This document shows positions 47,380 through 57,291 of a stretch of DNA of 64,000 nt, in pieces. Source of the DNA: an uncultured bacterium (GTDB taxonomy: Bacteria > Patescibacteriota > Minisyncoccia > Phycocordibacterales > UBA9973). A program made the translations under genes and the position numbers. Where the stretch lies: the NCBI GenBank assembly GCA_937903035.1, contig CALCZP010000003.1:1156-65155 (forward strand), written 5' to 3'. Numbering within the stretch: position 1 is the stretch's first letter; every line of letters begins with the position of its first letter. The notes below the pieces were generated by a model, which saw only the letters and a list, made by a program, of their open reading frames with translations, was not told the origin of the DNA and ran no database searches.

Positions 47380-47399
47380 TATTTTCTTATGATGTACCT

Positions 47400-49865
47400 A
47401 TGCCTAAAACTCACTGGTTCTCATTGAAAAAAATAGCTCTTATTGGTGTCGCAGTCGTTCTCTTTTTCATCGGCGCAGGGCTCATCTGGGCAAGTACCAT
47501 CAAACTCCCCGATATCTCAACCTTTGAAGCGCGCAAGATCGCCAATTCATCTAAAATTACTGATCGAACCGGTGAAGTGGTTCTCTATGATATTCATCAA
47601 TCAGTACGTCGTACTGAAATTCCACTCGATCAAATGGGAGATAATATCAAAAATGCAGTCATTGCAGTTGAAGATGCACACTTCTATGAACACAAAGGTA
47701 TCCGTCCAACCTCAATCATTCGAGTAATCTTTGTAAATCTCTTTAAGGGAAGCTTTGAACAAGGAGGATCCACTATCACGCAGCAAATTATTAAAAATAC
47801 ACTTTTGAATACTGATAAAACTATCATCCGAAAAGCAAAGGAGTGGATCCTTGCAGTGAAACTTGAGCGCTATTTTACTAAGGATCAAATCCTGCAAATC
47901 TATCTCAATGACGCACCATTTGGAAGCACCATCTATGGTGTTGAAGAAGCATCAAAAGCGTTCTTTAATAAAAGTGCAAAAGATCTCACTATTGCTGAAT
48001 CAGCATATCTTGCAGCAATGCTTCCAGCACCGAGCTACTACTCCCCTCTCGGTTCACACAAAGACAAACTTGATGCACGCAAGAATCTTGTGCTCAAGAA
48101 AATGAATCAGTACGAGTATATTACCGACGAAGAACTCACCTCAGCAACAAAAACAGTAGTTGTTTTTAATCCTGCAGCATCAAATAGTATCAAGGCACCA
48201 CATTTTGTATTTTATATTTTAGATTATCTCCAGAAGAAATATGGTGAGGATGTAATGGAAACAGGTGGCTATACTATTAAAACAACACTTGATTATGAGC
48301 TCCAACAAAAAGGAGAAGAAATTGTTAAAACAAAAGCACTAGAAAACGAAAAGAAATTTCGTGCATCAAACTCAAGTTTAGTAGCAATAGATCCAACAAC
48401 AGGACAAATACTCACCATGGTTGGGTCACGCGACTATTTTGATAAAACAATTGATGGTGCCTACAATATTGCAACTGCACAACGTCAACCAGGCTCATCA
48501 TTTAAACCTTTTATTTATGCCACTGCATTTGGTAAGGGGTATACACCTGAAACAGTTCTCTTTGATGTACCAACTGAGTTCTCTACCACATGTAGTAATA
48601 ATCCTGATACTTGTTATCACCCAGGCAACTTTGATGATAAATTTAAAGGGCCAATAAGTCTTCGAAGTGCACTTGCTGAATCACGAAACGTACCAGCAGT
48701 GAAACTTCTCTATCTTGTAGGTATTGACGATGCTGTTGATACAGCTCATAAACTTGGTATTACAACACTTACTGATCCAAAAGAATTTGGCCTCTCACTT
48801 GTGCTCGGAGGTGGTGAAGTTACTCTTCTTGATATGACTGGTGCATATGGTGGATTTGCAAATAGTGGGATCAAAAATCCTACAACAGGCATTCTTGAAA
48901 TACGAGATATGAAAGGAACTATTATTGAACAATATGAACAAAATCCTTTTGAAGCAATACAAAAGAATGAAGCATTAACCCTTAATGATGTTCTAAGTGA
49001 TGCAAATGCTCGTATCCCAACATTTGGAAGTCAAATTACTATACCTGGCGTTGCAGTAAAAACTGGTACTACTAACGATGATCGTGACGCATGGATTGTT
49101 GGCTACACTCCTACCCTTTCAGTTGGTGTATGGAGTGGTAATAATAATAATGCAAAGACTACTAGTGGTGGCGCAGCAATTTCAGGTCCTATTTGGAAAG
49201 CTTTTATGGAAGAAGCGCTCAAGAAAATTCCTGCAACACCGTTTGAGAAACCAATTCCAAATCCTGAATATGACAAACTTAAGCCAGTACTTCGTGGACA
49301 ATGGATGGGTAATCGAAGTGTCTGGATCGACAAAGTTACCGGACTTCTCGCAACCAAAGACACACCTCCTGAAGCTCGTATAGAAAAAGTTATTACTGAT
49401 GTCCAAGATATTCTCTATTGGATAAATAAAAAAGATCCAACTGGACCGGTACCATCAAACCCTGCGAGTGATCCACAATTTTATTTATGGAATACTCCTG
49501 TGCAGAAATGGTGGGAAGCAAATAAAGGTAAATACGGTATTACCACTGAAAATGATCTCCCAACCTCTTATGAAACAATTCATTCATCAAATACAAGTAC
49601 ATTATCAATTAAGGGATTAAAAGATGACATGAAAACAACTGATACAGCAACAGTAATGGTTTCAATAAGTGGACAGTACCCTCTCACTTCAGTCGACCTC
49701 TTTATGAATGAGAACTATCTCACTACCCTCTCTGCTCCGTTTCGATTTGTATTCACTCCAAAAGAATATGGATATCTACCAGGTAATTACACCTTTAAAG
49801 CCATAGGAACAAACTCTGTATACTCAAAAACAACAGCAACAAGCTCTATTACACTTACCCAATAG
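47400..49865 (+). CDS. Class A penicillin-binding protein (glycosyltransferase + transpeptidase, PBP1A-type) with C-terminal extension
   Basis: GT51 motifs (EDAHFYEHKGI, RQ...GGSTITQQ), transpeptidase SxxK (SSFKP), SxN, KTGT. Start trimmed to MPKTHWF; the track ORF is extended 207 nt into tyrS. Confidence 0.9.
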   Translation: MPKTHWFSLKKIALIGVAVVLFFIGAGLIWASTIKLPDISTFEARKIANSSKITDRTGEVVLYDIHQSVRRTEIPLDQMGDNIKNAVIAVEDAHFYEHKGIRPTSIIRVIFVNLFKGSFEQGGSTITQQIIKNTLLNTDKTIIRKAKEWILAVKLERYFTKDQILQIYLNDAPFGSTIYGVEEASKAFFNKSAKDLTIAESAYLAAMLPAPSYYSPLGSHKDKLDARKNLVLKKMNQYEYITDEELTSATKTVVVFNPAASNSIKAPHFVFYILDYLQKKYGEDVMETGGYTIKTTLDYELQQKGEEIVKTKALENEKKFRASNSSLVAIDPTTGQILTMVGSRDYFDKTIDGAYNIATAQRQPGSSFKPFIYATAFGKGYTPETVLFDVPTEFSTTCSNNPDTCYHPGNFDDKFKGPISLRSALAESRNVPAVKLLYLVGIDDAVDTAHKLGITTLTDPKEFGLSLVLGGGEVTLLDMTGAYGGFANSGIKNPTTGILEIRDMKGTIIEQYEQNPFEAIQKNEALTLNDVLSDANARIPTFGSQITIPGVAVKTGTTNDDRDAWIVGYTPTLSVGVWSGNNNNAKTTSGGAAISGPIWKAFMEEALKKIPATPFEKPIPNPEYDKLKPVLRGQWMGNRSVWIDKVTGLLATKDTPPEARIEKVITDVQDILYWINKKDPTGPVPSNPASDPQFYLWNTPVQKWWEANKGKYGITTENDLPTSYETIHSSNTSTLSIKGLKDDMKTTDTATVMVSISGQYPLTSVDLFMNENYLTTLSAPFRFVFTPKEYGYLPGNYTFKAIGTNSVYSKTTATSSITLTQ

Positions 49866-50106
49866 AGTGTATTGAGGAATCGAATGCCTGAACTTTCTTC
49901 AATAAAACATCTTGATTAAGTTTAAGCGCCATCTTTACTGTCGAAGGAATACGAAGTGAGAGCTTCCCCTTAGTAATACTAATTTGTGTTGGAGTGATAG
50001 TGATATGGAGTACTTCACTACAAATAGCTGCAAGTGTTTCAGTGTACGTAGTTTGCTTGTCGATGTTTTTCTTGAGATCGGCAAGAATAGACTGAAAGAG
50101 TGACAT
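49855..50106 (-). CDS. Small hypothetical protein after dnaN (83 aa; YaaA/S4-like position)
   Basis: ORF only; assignment based on conserved position downstream of dnaN. Confidence 0.35.
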   Translation of the reverse strand: MSLFQSILADLKKNIDKQTTYTETLAAICSEVLHITITPTQISITKGKLSLRIPSTVKMALKLNQDVLLKKVQAFDSSIHSIG

Positions 50107-50107
50107 A

Positions 50108-51205
50108 TTAACGGTTTGTTGGCATGATCAAATATAGGAAGGAGGTATCCTGTACACTTCGTACTACAATAGGCTTATTTGGCGCTGTAAATGATATTGA
50201 GACACTATCGCCAGAGAGTGCTTGAAAGACATCGAGAAAGTACTTTAGATTGAAACTAACCTCAATCCCCTCACCTTCAACAACGGCATCAATTGATGAA
50301 ACCGATGAACCGACATCATTATTCTTTGAATCAATTGTAATTCTCTTATTAACAGGAGAAACAGAAAAAAGTACTTGGAAAAATTTGTCAGCAAAAATAG
50401 TTGAGAGGCGAAGTGTTGAAATAAGCTCTTGTTTCATAAGTACCACCTTAGTTGTTTCAGTTTTTGGAATAATAAGTTGATACTGTGGAAAGGCCCCATC
50501 AATCAGTCGAGTAGTAAAGTAAATACCATTTCCCGAAAGTGATAACTGGTTTCGAGTAAATGTTAATTGAAGATTCTCTGGTGCATTATCAAGTACTTTT
50601 AATATATCAGCAATATTTTTATATGGAATCAATATTTTTGGAATATCAGGAATATTCTTAACCTTTAATTTCTTTTCAGCGAGACGGAATGAGTCGGTTG
50701 CGACAAAACAGAGGTTAGTATCTTCACTATAAATAAAAATACTTGCAATCTCAGGCTTAATCTCAGTGATAGCAGCAGAAAAGTACACCGAACGAATACC
50801 TTCTTGAAATACCGTACTTTTAATTTCAAAACTTTCACCTTCAACAGTAGGAAGTGTTGGGAAGTCATCATGGTTAAGACATTTAAGTACAGTCTTTGAT
50901 TGTAGGGTCGCAATAGTGAGATTATCTGCTTCAAGTGTAAGTGAGAGCTCTAGATTATCCTTTAAATTTCCACAAACATTTGATAGTAAGTCCCCTTTTA
51001 CAAGTACAATACCTTCTTCTTCAATCGTTGCAGGGATATCTATCTCAATTCCAACATTGAGATTAGTAGCTCTGATCTTGAGAGATTTTCCTGAAGCATT
51101 AATAAGGAGTCCATGAAGTGATGGGAGAGTGAGATTCTTGCCAGTCATACGCTCTGCAAGGGATACTGCTTGTTTTATTTTTTCTACGGTACATCGAGCT
51201 TTCAT
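50108..51205 (-). CDS. dnaN: DNA polymerase III beta sliding clamp
   Basis: 365 aa with a three-domain beta-clamp pattern. Immediately downstream of dnaA. Confidence 0.9.
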   Translation of the reverse strand: MKARCTVEKIKQAVSLAERMTGKNLTLPSLHGLLINASGKSLKIRATNLNVGIEIDIPATIEEEGIVLVKGDLLSNVCGNLKDNLELSLTLEADNLTIATLQSKTVLKCLNHDDFPTLPTVEGESFEIKSTVFQEGIRSVYFSAAITEIKPEIASIFIYSEDTNLCFVATDSFRLAEKKLKVKNIPDIPKILIPYKNIADILKVLDNAPENLQLTFTRNQLSLSGNGIYFTTRLIDGAFPQYQLIIPKTETTKVVLMKQELISTLRLSTIFADKFFQVLFSVSPVNKRITIDSKNNDVGSSVSSIDAVVEGEGIEVSFNLKYFLDVFQALSGDSVSISFTAPNKPIVVRSVQDTSFLYLIMPTNR

Positions 51206-51401
51206 AGTAGTGTTTTATTTTTTATTAATTGATTGAGTAGTTAGTATGTGTTGTGGATTGGGGAAAAGATGATTGTACGTTTTTAAATAAGGATTTTTTA
51301 AATATGAGCACTGTGTGCGAATTGGTGATATATCCTCCCTTTTTCTTATACCTAGTATTTTTCCGCAAGTTATTCATCGTGGTATTAGGATGTTTTCCAC
51401 A
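51206..51401. promoter_or_regulatory. dnaA-dnaN intergenic region with DnaA-box-like motifs and an AT-rich tract (candidate oriC/DUE)
   Basis: ttttccaca (51394-51402) and tgtggattg (51253-51261) match TTWTNCACA. AT-rich run tttttaaataaggattttttaaatat. Confidence 0.45.
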
Positions 51402-52763
51402 TCATTTAAACAATATGCGGATATCCTCAATCTCTTTCATTAGACTCGGGTTATGTACTAACTCACTTTTAATTTTTTCATACGAATGAATGACTGTACT
51501 ATGATCTTTACCACCAAGTTTTGAACCGATTGATGGGTATGACTCATTGAAATCCTCTCGAAGGACGAACATAATGACTTGTCGTGCTCGAACAATTTCT
51601 TTACGCCGTGTTTTCTCATAAATAGTACGTTCATCAAGATTGTAATACCCTGATACAAGTTTCACTACTGTATCAAAAGACACCATTTTCTTTGGTTTAA
51701 CACTATTTTTAATAAGTAATTTAATCTCACTGAGTGCAACAGGTTTTTGACGCATTTCAGAATGCATTGCAATAACATTGAGTATTCCTTCAAGTTCACG
51801 GATACTTCCGGTTGCAACTGAAGAGATATATTGGAGAACCTCATTATCAAGTGGATATGGAAGTGTTGCAGCCTTTTCTCGAATAATAGCAAGACGTGAC
51901 TCCATATCTGGTTCTTGAATATCAATAGTCATACCTGCATTAAATCGTGTTTTAAGACGATCTTCGAGACCGAGGATGTGGTTTGGATGTTTATCAGATG
52001 AAAAGATAATATTCTTCCCTTGCTCATAGAGCGTATTAAAGAGGTGAAATAGTTCGTTCTGAGTACCATCTTTTCCTGAGATAAATTGGATATCATCAAT
52101 GATTAATACGTCTATTTTTCGAAACTTCTCACGGAATGACTGCTGACGATTGTTTTGTACTGAAGTCACAAACTCATTCATAAACTTTTCAAGTGAGGTA
52201 TAGAGTACATGCTTTTCAGGGAATGCTTTTTTAATCTCATTACCAATAGCTTGGATAAGGTGAGTCTTCCCTAAACCACTCTCACCATAGATAAAGAGTG
52301 GATTGTAGGCACTCTGAGGACGTTTTACCACTGCCTGGGAGGCTGCGTATGCAAGCTCGTTGAATGAGCCAACAATAAAACGATCAAAGGTGTATCGAGG
52401 GTTAAGGTTATCATCTCTATTAATATAGAGATCTTGCATTGGAAGTTGTGTTTTCTCTGTAAAAAGTGAATCGGTTGTTGTAGTTGTTGTAGGAGGAGTA
52501 AAGCGGCTGATAACAAATTCAACCCCTCGAATATTGTCGATATGGTTTACTAATGTCTTTAAAATAACTTTTTGGTATTTGGTTACCATCCATTCTCGTA
52601 CAAATTCGTTTGGTACTCCTATGTAAATAATACCCTCCTCTTCTTTAGTGATAGTGGTGTTCTTAAACCAGGTACTGAAATTACCTTTTGTGACTTCCTG
52701 TTCTATTTCTCCTAGGCAAGTGTTCCAGAGTGTGGAGAGGTCGTAGTGCATGGTATCTATCAT
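51402..52763 (-). CDS. dnaA: Chromosomal replication initiator protein DnaA
   Basis: AAA+ Walker A GESGLGKTHL, Walker B VLIIDDIQF, sensor/arginine finger, C-terminal HTH (…ARQVIMFVLRE…). Start trimmed to MIDTMHYD; the track ORF is extended across rpmH. Confidence 0.9.
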   Translation of the reverse strand: MIDTMHYDLSTLWNTCLGEIEQEVTKGNFSTWFKNTTITKEEEGIIYIGVPNEFVREWMVTKYQKVILKTLVNHIDNIRGVEFVISRFTPPTTTTTTDSLFTEKTQLPMQDLYINRDDNLNPRYTFDRFIVGSFNELAYAASQAVVKRPQSAYNPLFIYGESGLGKTHLIQAIGNEIKKAFPEKHVLYTSLEKFMNEFVTSVQNNRQQSFREKFRKIDVLIIDDIQFISGKDGTQNELFHLFNTLYEQGKNIIFSSDKHPNHILGLEDRLKTRFNAGMTIDIQEPDMESRLAIIREKAATLPYPLDNEVLQYISSVATGSIRELEGILNVIAMHSEMRQKPVALSEIKLLIKNSVKPKKMVSFDTVVKLVSGYYNLDERTIYEKTRRKEIVRARQVIMFVLREDFNESYPSIGSKLGGKDHSTVIHSYEKIKSELVHNPSLMKEIEDIRILFK

Positions 52764-52876
52764 ACCGAGTATTGGGTAGCTATCAAAATTGTGTATATCA
52801 TGTGGATAGTGTTGATTATAGCAATATATATCAGGCTTGATTAAATAAACCTTTTTGTGTATAGTGAGCGAGTTAT
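52764..52876. promoter_or_regulatory. rpmH-dnaA divergent intergenic region with three DnaA-box-like motifs (dnaA promoter/autoregulation, possible oriC part)
   Basis: tgtggatag (52801-52809, reverse complement CTATCCACA), gtgtatata (~52791) and tgtgtatag (~52858). Confidence 0.45.
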
Positions 52877-53011
52877 ATGTCTCAAACATACCAACCTAAA
52901 AAACGAAAGCGCGCAACTACTCATGGATTTCTCGTCCGTAGCGCTAGTGCGACTGGTCAGAAAGTCCTTCAGGCACGTCGCCGTAAGGGACGCGCTAAAA
53001 TCGCTGTCTAG
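52877..53011 (+). CDS. rpmH: 50S ribosomal protein L34
   Basis: Hand translation gives [44 protein letters not shown]. It is absent from the ORF track because it is shorter than 60 aa. Confidence 0.85.
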   Translation: MSQTYQPKKRKRATTHGFLVRSASATGQKVLQARRRKGRAKIAV

Positions 53012-53013
53012 CT

Positions 53014-53337
53014 ATGTTGCCGTCAACTGAACGGCTTACTCGCCTCGAGTTTCCTCTTGTACTTACTAATCCGTCTCTTAAAACGGTCTATAATGCGCTT
53101 GGTACCCTTAAATATACCACTACACTACCTTTGAAATGTGCTGTAATTACAAGCTCAAAACACGAAAAACGCGCTGTTATACGCAATAAACTTCGCCGAC
53201 GCATCTATACACAAATGGTTGGTTTTCCAGGGTCTGCTGTTTTGTATGTTTCAAAACAAAGTTATGGTATGGAATATCAACAAATAGAGCAGCTTTGGCA
53301 TGAATTACTCTCAAAAATTCAAAAAAATACCAAATAA
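53014..53337 (+). CDS. rnpA: Ribonuclease P protein component
   Basis: RNR motif RNKLRRRI, 107 aa, directly after rpmH. Confidence 0.85.
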   Translation: MLPSTERLTRLEFPLVLTNPSLKTVYNALGTLKYTTTLPLKCAVITSSKHEKRAVIRNKLRRRIYTQMVGFPGSAVLYVSKQSYGMEYQQIEQLWHELLSKIQKNTK

Positions 53338-53566
53338 TATAGCTATTTTAGCTATTAAGGTATATCGAGGACTACTCTCGCCTTCAGTCGGATTGTTGCG
53401 ATTTTTACCTCTATATCCGACTAATACCTGTATTTTTCATCCAACATGTTCTCAGTATGCCATTATGGCCTATACAAAATACGGGTTTTTTGACGCAACC
53501 CATAAAACAATAGGTCGTATTGGTCGTTGTCATCCTAGAAATACACCTTCTGTTGACTATCCTTAA
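53300..53566 (+). CDS. yidD: Membrane protein insertion efficiency factor YidD
   Basis: YRGLLSP…CIFHPTCSQYA motif. The 5' end overlaps rnpA, so the true start is probably downstream of 53300. Confidence 0.7.
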   Translation: MNYSQKFKKIPNNIAILAIKVYRGLLSPSVGLLRFLPLYPTNTCIFHPTCSQYAIMAYTKYGFFDATHKTIGRIGRCHPRNTPSVDYP

Positions 53567-53595
53567 GGTAGGTTTTAGACTACACTACCCTTTAT

Positions 53596-54300
53596 ATGCA
53601 AACATTGTGGACCAACTTCATTTACGACCCTATTTATAACGCCCTTATTTTTATTGCACAGAACTTAACCTGGCAAGACGTTGGTGTGGCGGTTATCGTC
53701 CTTACTATCCTTATTCGGCTCATATTGATGCCCCTTTCTAAGAAAAGTATTGCTGGACAGTATAAAATGAAGCTTTTAGAGCCAAAGCTTGCTGCTATCA
53801 AGGCAAAAGGTCTTTCAAAAGAAGAAGAAGCAAAAGAAACCTTTGCACTTTATAAGACTGAGAAAATTAACCCGTTTTCAGGATGTCTTTATCTCTTAAT
53901 CCAACTTCCAATTCTTTTTGCCCTCTACTTCACGTTTATGCGTGGTGTGATTCAGCCGGAGCACTTGTACTCATTCCTTTCAACTGAAGGTCTCCATAAT
54001 ACACTATTTGGACTTATTGATATCACTAAGCCATTTCTACCACTCGCTATCCTTGCGGGTATTAGTCAGGGTGTACAGGCATATTTTGCACCAAAACCGT
54101 CGATTCCAACTGATGGAAAAGGATTTCAGGCACAATTTGCGCAGAGTCTTTCACTCCAGACTAAATATATCCTCCCAATTATCATTATCCTTATCGCTAG
54201 TCGTCTTGCCGCCGCTGTCGCGCTCTATTGGACCATTACCAATATCTTTTCTATTGTTCAGGAATACTATCTCCGAAAACGTTTTGCCGTTAGTTCTTAA
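53596..54300 (+). CDS. yidC: Membrane protein insertase YidC (short Oxa1-type, 234 aa)
   Basis: Five-TM Oxa1 core with a charged first loop (KLLEPKLAAIKAKG) and the conserved YWTITNIFSI C-terminal region. Confidence 0.8.
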   Translation: MQTLWTNFIYDPIYNALIFIAQNLTWQDVGVAVIVLTILIRLILMPLSKKSIAGQYKMKLLEPKLAAIKAKGLSKEEEAKETFALYKTEKINPFSGCLYLLIQLPILFALYFTFMRGVIQPEHLYSFLSTEGLHNTLFGLIDITKPFLPLAILAGISQGVQAYFAPKPSIPTDGKGFQAQFAQSLSLQTKYILPIIIILIASRLAAAVALYWTITNIFSIVQEYYLRKRFAVSS

Positions 54301-55545
54301 TTAAAACGAGAGCTGCCATAACAGGCCAGTTGGCTTGTCGATAAAAAAGACGATATCTTGGTTCTCATCTACCTGAAGATTAGTTGCATCAGGTGCTCGC
54401 TCTGTACCATCTGAAAGAATCGTGTAGGTATTACTTGTTGTATAGATACGATAGAACTTATCTTTAAAGCTAACAAGTCCGCTATACCACATGTCAGGGT
54501 AGCTTCCGGGTGCCATTTCCCCATTTCCTGCACAGATGAGATCCTCATTTTTAAGCCAAGTACATTTTTCAGGGAGTAGTGCAATATTTAGATTGTTTGA
54601 TACCCCTGTTTTCGTATTTAAAAGCCGAGTAATAAAGCCAGTACTTGTGCTTTGTGAGTATAAAATATAGGTCCCACTTGGACTTACTGATGTGGTAAGA
54701 CCTTTAATATTCCCAAGTACGCGAACAAGTCTTCGATCAGTTGTATCTATTTTATAGAGAAAACCATCTGCAATAGCTGCTGCTTTGGTTTGGAGCCAAA
54801 CTGTTTTTGGTGTTGATTGAATAATTATCCATTCATGAAACGGTGTTCGAAGGAGCTCTTTTCTACCTGTATTTTGACTAGTTGCGCTCAAAATACTAGC
54901 GTTTTGAGTATCACTTGTGAGATATGTAATCTGTTTTTGGTCGGCATAAACTGAAAGGTTGGTGATTTTTTCAGGAAGATATATCCCCTGTTTTTGCGTT
55001 CTAGTACCATCTTGGTTTTCAGGTGGAATCGGAACACTATATGTTGCGATTGTGCGCTGGTCATCACGAAGAAAACGAAGGATTGCAGTATTGTTTGTAT
55101 CCGCAAAGTGTCCTTCATAAACGTTAGGAATATAGATATTACTGATCTGAAGCGGTGTTGTACTGTTTCGGATCTCATACACATAGCCATTCCCTCGAGC
55201 AATATAGCGAATAACACGATCAACCACTGTTTCTGTTGTTGGTTTTTTCTTGGGATCCTCTGAAGGGATCGTCTTTGATAGGGTTTGAGTAAATGCAGAA
55301 AAACCCGCAACAGGGCTTTGGCTAAGCTGTTTGAACTTTAGTGATGTATTCTGACCTGTTTGAACGCCAGTACTACCATCATTGATAATGAGATCGCTTC
55401 CGGGTGCTACCAATGCATCACTAGGAAAGAATGTTGTTGCACCTGGAGGTTGTTCAGTACTAGTTGGTTGTTTTTTACTGTACCAATACAAAATTCCTGT
55501 GCTAACCAATAGAATTATTACTATCACAATAAGTACTTTTCGCAT
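54301..55545 (-). CDS. Hypothetical membrane-anchored extracellular protein (414 aa), first gene after the origin block in the T4SS-like cluster
   Basis: N-terminal TM, Thr/Ser-rich sequence, possibly a beta-propeller-like domain. Confidence 0.4.
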   Translation of the reverse strand: MRKVLIVIVIILLVSTGILYWYSKKQPTSTEQPPGATTFFPSDALVAPGSDLIINDGSTGVQTGQNTSLKFKQLSQSPVAGFSAFTQTLSKTIPSEDPKKKPTTETVVDRVIRYIARGNGYVYEIRNSTTPLQISNIYIPNVYEGHFADTNNTAILRFLRDDQRTIATYSVPIPPENQDGTRTQKQGIYLPEKITNLSVYADQKQITYLTSDTQNASILSATSQNTGRKELLRTPFHEWIIIQSTPKTVWLQTKAAAIADGFLYKIDTTDRRLVRVLGNIKGLTTSVSPSGTYILYSQSTSTGFITRLLNTKTGVSNNLNIALLPEKCTWLKNEDLICAGNGEMAPGSYPDMWYSGLVSFKDKFYRIYTTSNTYTILSDGTERAPDATNLQVDENQDIVFFIDKPTGLLWQLSF

Positions 55546-55570
55546 ACAAGTATTGTACTATATGTAGAAT

Positions 55571-57271
55571 TTATATTCTTCGAATGTATAAAGAATATTT
55601 CTTCTGAATACGAGTATTTGCCCATTTAACAATAGGGTTTTCTCCTACAGAAGGGTTTGGGGATGAACGGACATCCATAAGGGTTCCATCTCCTATATAG
55701 ATGAGTACATGCCCCCCTGATGTATAAGGTTTAGCACCACCCGCTTGCCATCCTATTAAATCGCCAACCTTAACCTCAATACCATTTATAAGATATTTAC
55801 CGTTTTTATTTTCGACAGTTATTATTTTTTCTGTTCCATTAAAAATATCACCAGTAAATGCTTCTGTTTTTGGTGTTATTCCCGCACATGAAAGTACTGT
55901 ATTTACATATGAACTACAATCAAGATTGATTACGGTAGATGAATATGCGGTTCCTCGTGCATCTTGTGAATAAGATACTCTACCCTTAAAACTCTGTGCA
56001 ATAGTAGGTATTGTACCAGCGCCAATATTTTTTGCGGGACAAATAATTCCTGCTGGGAATTTAATACTTTTAAAATCATATCCAGTTCCACCTTTTCCTG
56101 ACCCCACTGATCCTGATTTTGGTGGTATATCCCCTCCTTCTTCAAAATCTACCCCCACCGCCACCTTATTCAAGCTAATACTATTCTCTACAAGCTTCGG
56201 ATTGATGGTATTTAATATCAGATAGGCAGACAATGCCAACGCAAGCCCTCCTAATGCCTCAAAGAAGCCACTCTTGGCACTTGCCTTCAAAAACGGTATA
56301 TCAGTCACAATATACTGATATCCCTCATAGACGAGACGAAGCACCAACAATACTGCCGCCAAACTCACCAACAGTTTGAACATATAGTTCAGAAAGTCAT
56401 TAATGTCACAGATCTCCCCTCCCTTTCCCTTCTGAGATCGTTGTTCTTCACACAGGTCAGGATCCAAAAGTACTGAGAGTCCTGGAAATGGTGCAAGGAG
56501 ACGGTATGAGCGGGAGTCGAAGTCGGATTGAACAGAAGCTGCGTCTGTTGCAACTTTTCCTTTGTCAGAAGTGAGTATGCCAACATCAGTAACCATCTGC
56601 TTCCCTGTTGGAGAAGTGAGAAGTATTTTATAGTAGTACTTCACTTCGGTACCAAGGTCATTCAATGACCAATAGAGAGATCCGTCTGCGGCAACACCTT
56701 CAGTACTTCCTGAGATATCTGTTTTTGATTTAAAGAGCTTAGTACTACCCGAAGCATTCATTACTCCATCAGGAAGTGGTACGGTATCTAGATATAATGT
56801 CGCGGTGAATTTCTTGAAATCAGGGTGAATTGTTGTATTAATTTTACTACTAACAATTAGTGGAGTGCCTTTGGTTATTGTTGCAGGATCTGCTGCAAGG
56901 AATGTTTCTTGTGGAGTAACGATATAAAAGTCTTTCCCTTGGGCGTCACGTGCGGCAAGTCCAACAAAATAGCGTTTATCGGTCGGTATAGTGGTAACTA
57001 CTTGTGAGGCAGTTGCACCAGGCTTCAAATTGTTAATAGCGACAGTACTACTGCCTGAAACTTTAGTGTCCTGATTTAGTATTGTTGTCGTTGAAGGCGT
57101 AAAAACAAGATAGAATAACTTGTTTTTGTCAGTTGTCGGTAGGGTATATGTTACTAAAAGGCCACCTTGTTGTAATTGAGATGTAAGTGTATATCCATTA
57201 CCAGCGTGCACTAGATTGATCGGAATAACTACAAGGAGAAAGCCAAGAAGTGCAATAAAGCCCTTTTTCAT
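55571..57271 (-). CDS. T4SS-associated cell-wall hydrolase-like protein: signal peptide, extracellular domain, shared 2-TM module, C-terminal NlpC/P60-CHAP-like domain
   Basis: The C-terminus has a Cys...His pattern (DCSSYVNTVLSCAGI … GGHVLIYIGDG) like CHAP/NlpC-P60. The central 124 aa are identical to the paralogue. Confidence 0.55.
   Translation of the reverse strand: MKKGFIALLGFLLVVIPINLVHAGNGYTLTSQLQQGGLLVTYTLPTTDKNKLFYLVFTPSTTTILNQDTKVSGSSTVAINNLKPGATASQVVTTIPTDKRYFVGLAARDAQGKDFYIVTPQETFLAADPATITKGTPLIVSSKINTTIHPDFKKFTATLYLDTVPLPDGVMNASGSTKLFKSKTDISGSTEGVAADGSLYWSLNDLGTEVKYYYKILLTSPTGKQMVTDVGILTSDKGKVATDAASVQSDFDSRSYRLLAPFPGLSVLLDPDLCEEQRSQKGKGGEICDINDFLNYMFKLLVSLAAVLLVLRLVYEGYQYIVTDIPFLKASAKSGFFEALGGLALALSAYLILNTINPKLVENSISLNKVAVGVDFEEGGDIPPKSGSVGSGKGGTGYDFKSIKFPAGIICPAKNIGAGTIPTIAQSFKGRVSYSQDARGTAYSSTVINLDCSSYVNTVLSCAGITPKTEAFTGDIFNGTEKIITVENKNGKYLINGIEVKVGDLIGWQAGGAKPYTSGGHVLIYIGDGTLMDVRSSPNPSVGENPIVKWANTRIQKKYSLYIRRI
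56152..56525. repeat. Copy 1 of a perfect ~373-bp direct repeat
   Basis: Identical nucleotide run to 58080-58453 by direct comparison of the sequence lines. It encodes DFDSRSYRLLAPFPGLSVLL…KLVENSISLNKVAVG. Confidence 0.85.
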
Positions 57272-57291
57272 TCTTCAAGTGTACCACGGTA

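Noticed and set aside
47193-47399. Apparent 187-nt overlap of tyrS and the PBP gene
   Set aside because: It is an artefact of the longest-ORF start. The PBP N-terminus MPKTHWFSLKKIALIGVAVVLFF, a signal anchor, begins at 47400, 20 nt from the tyrS start.
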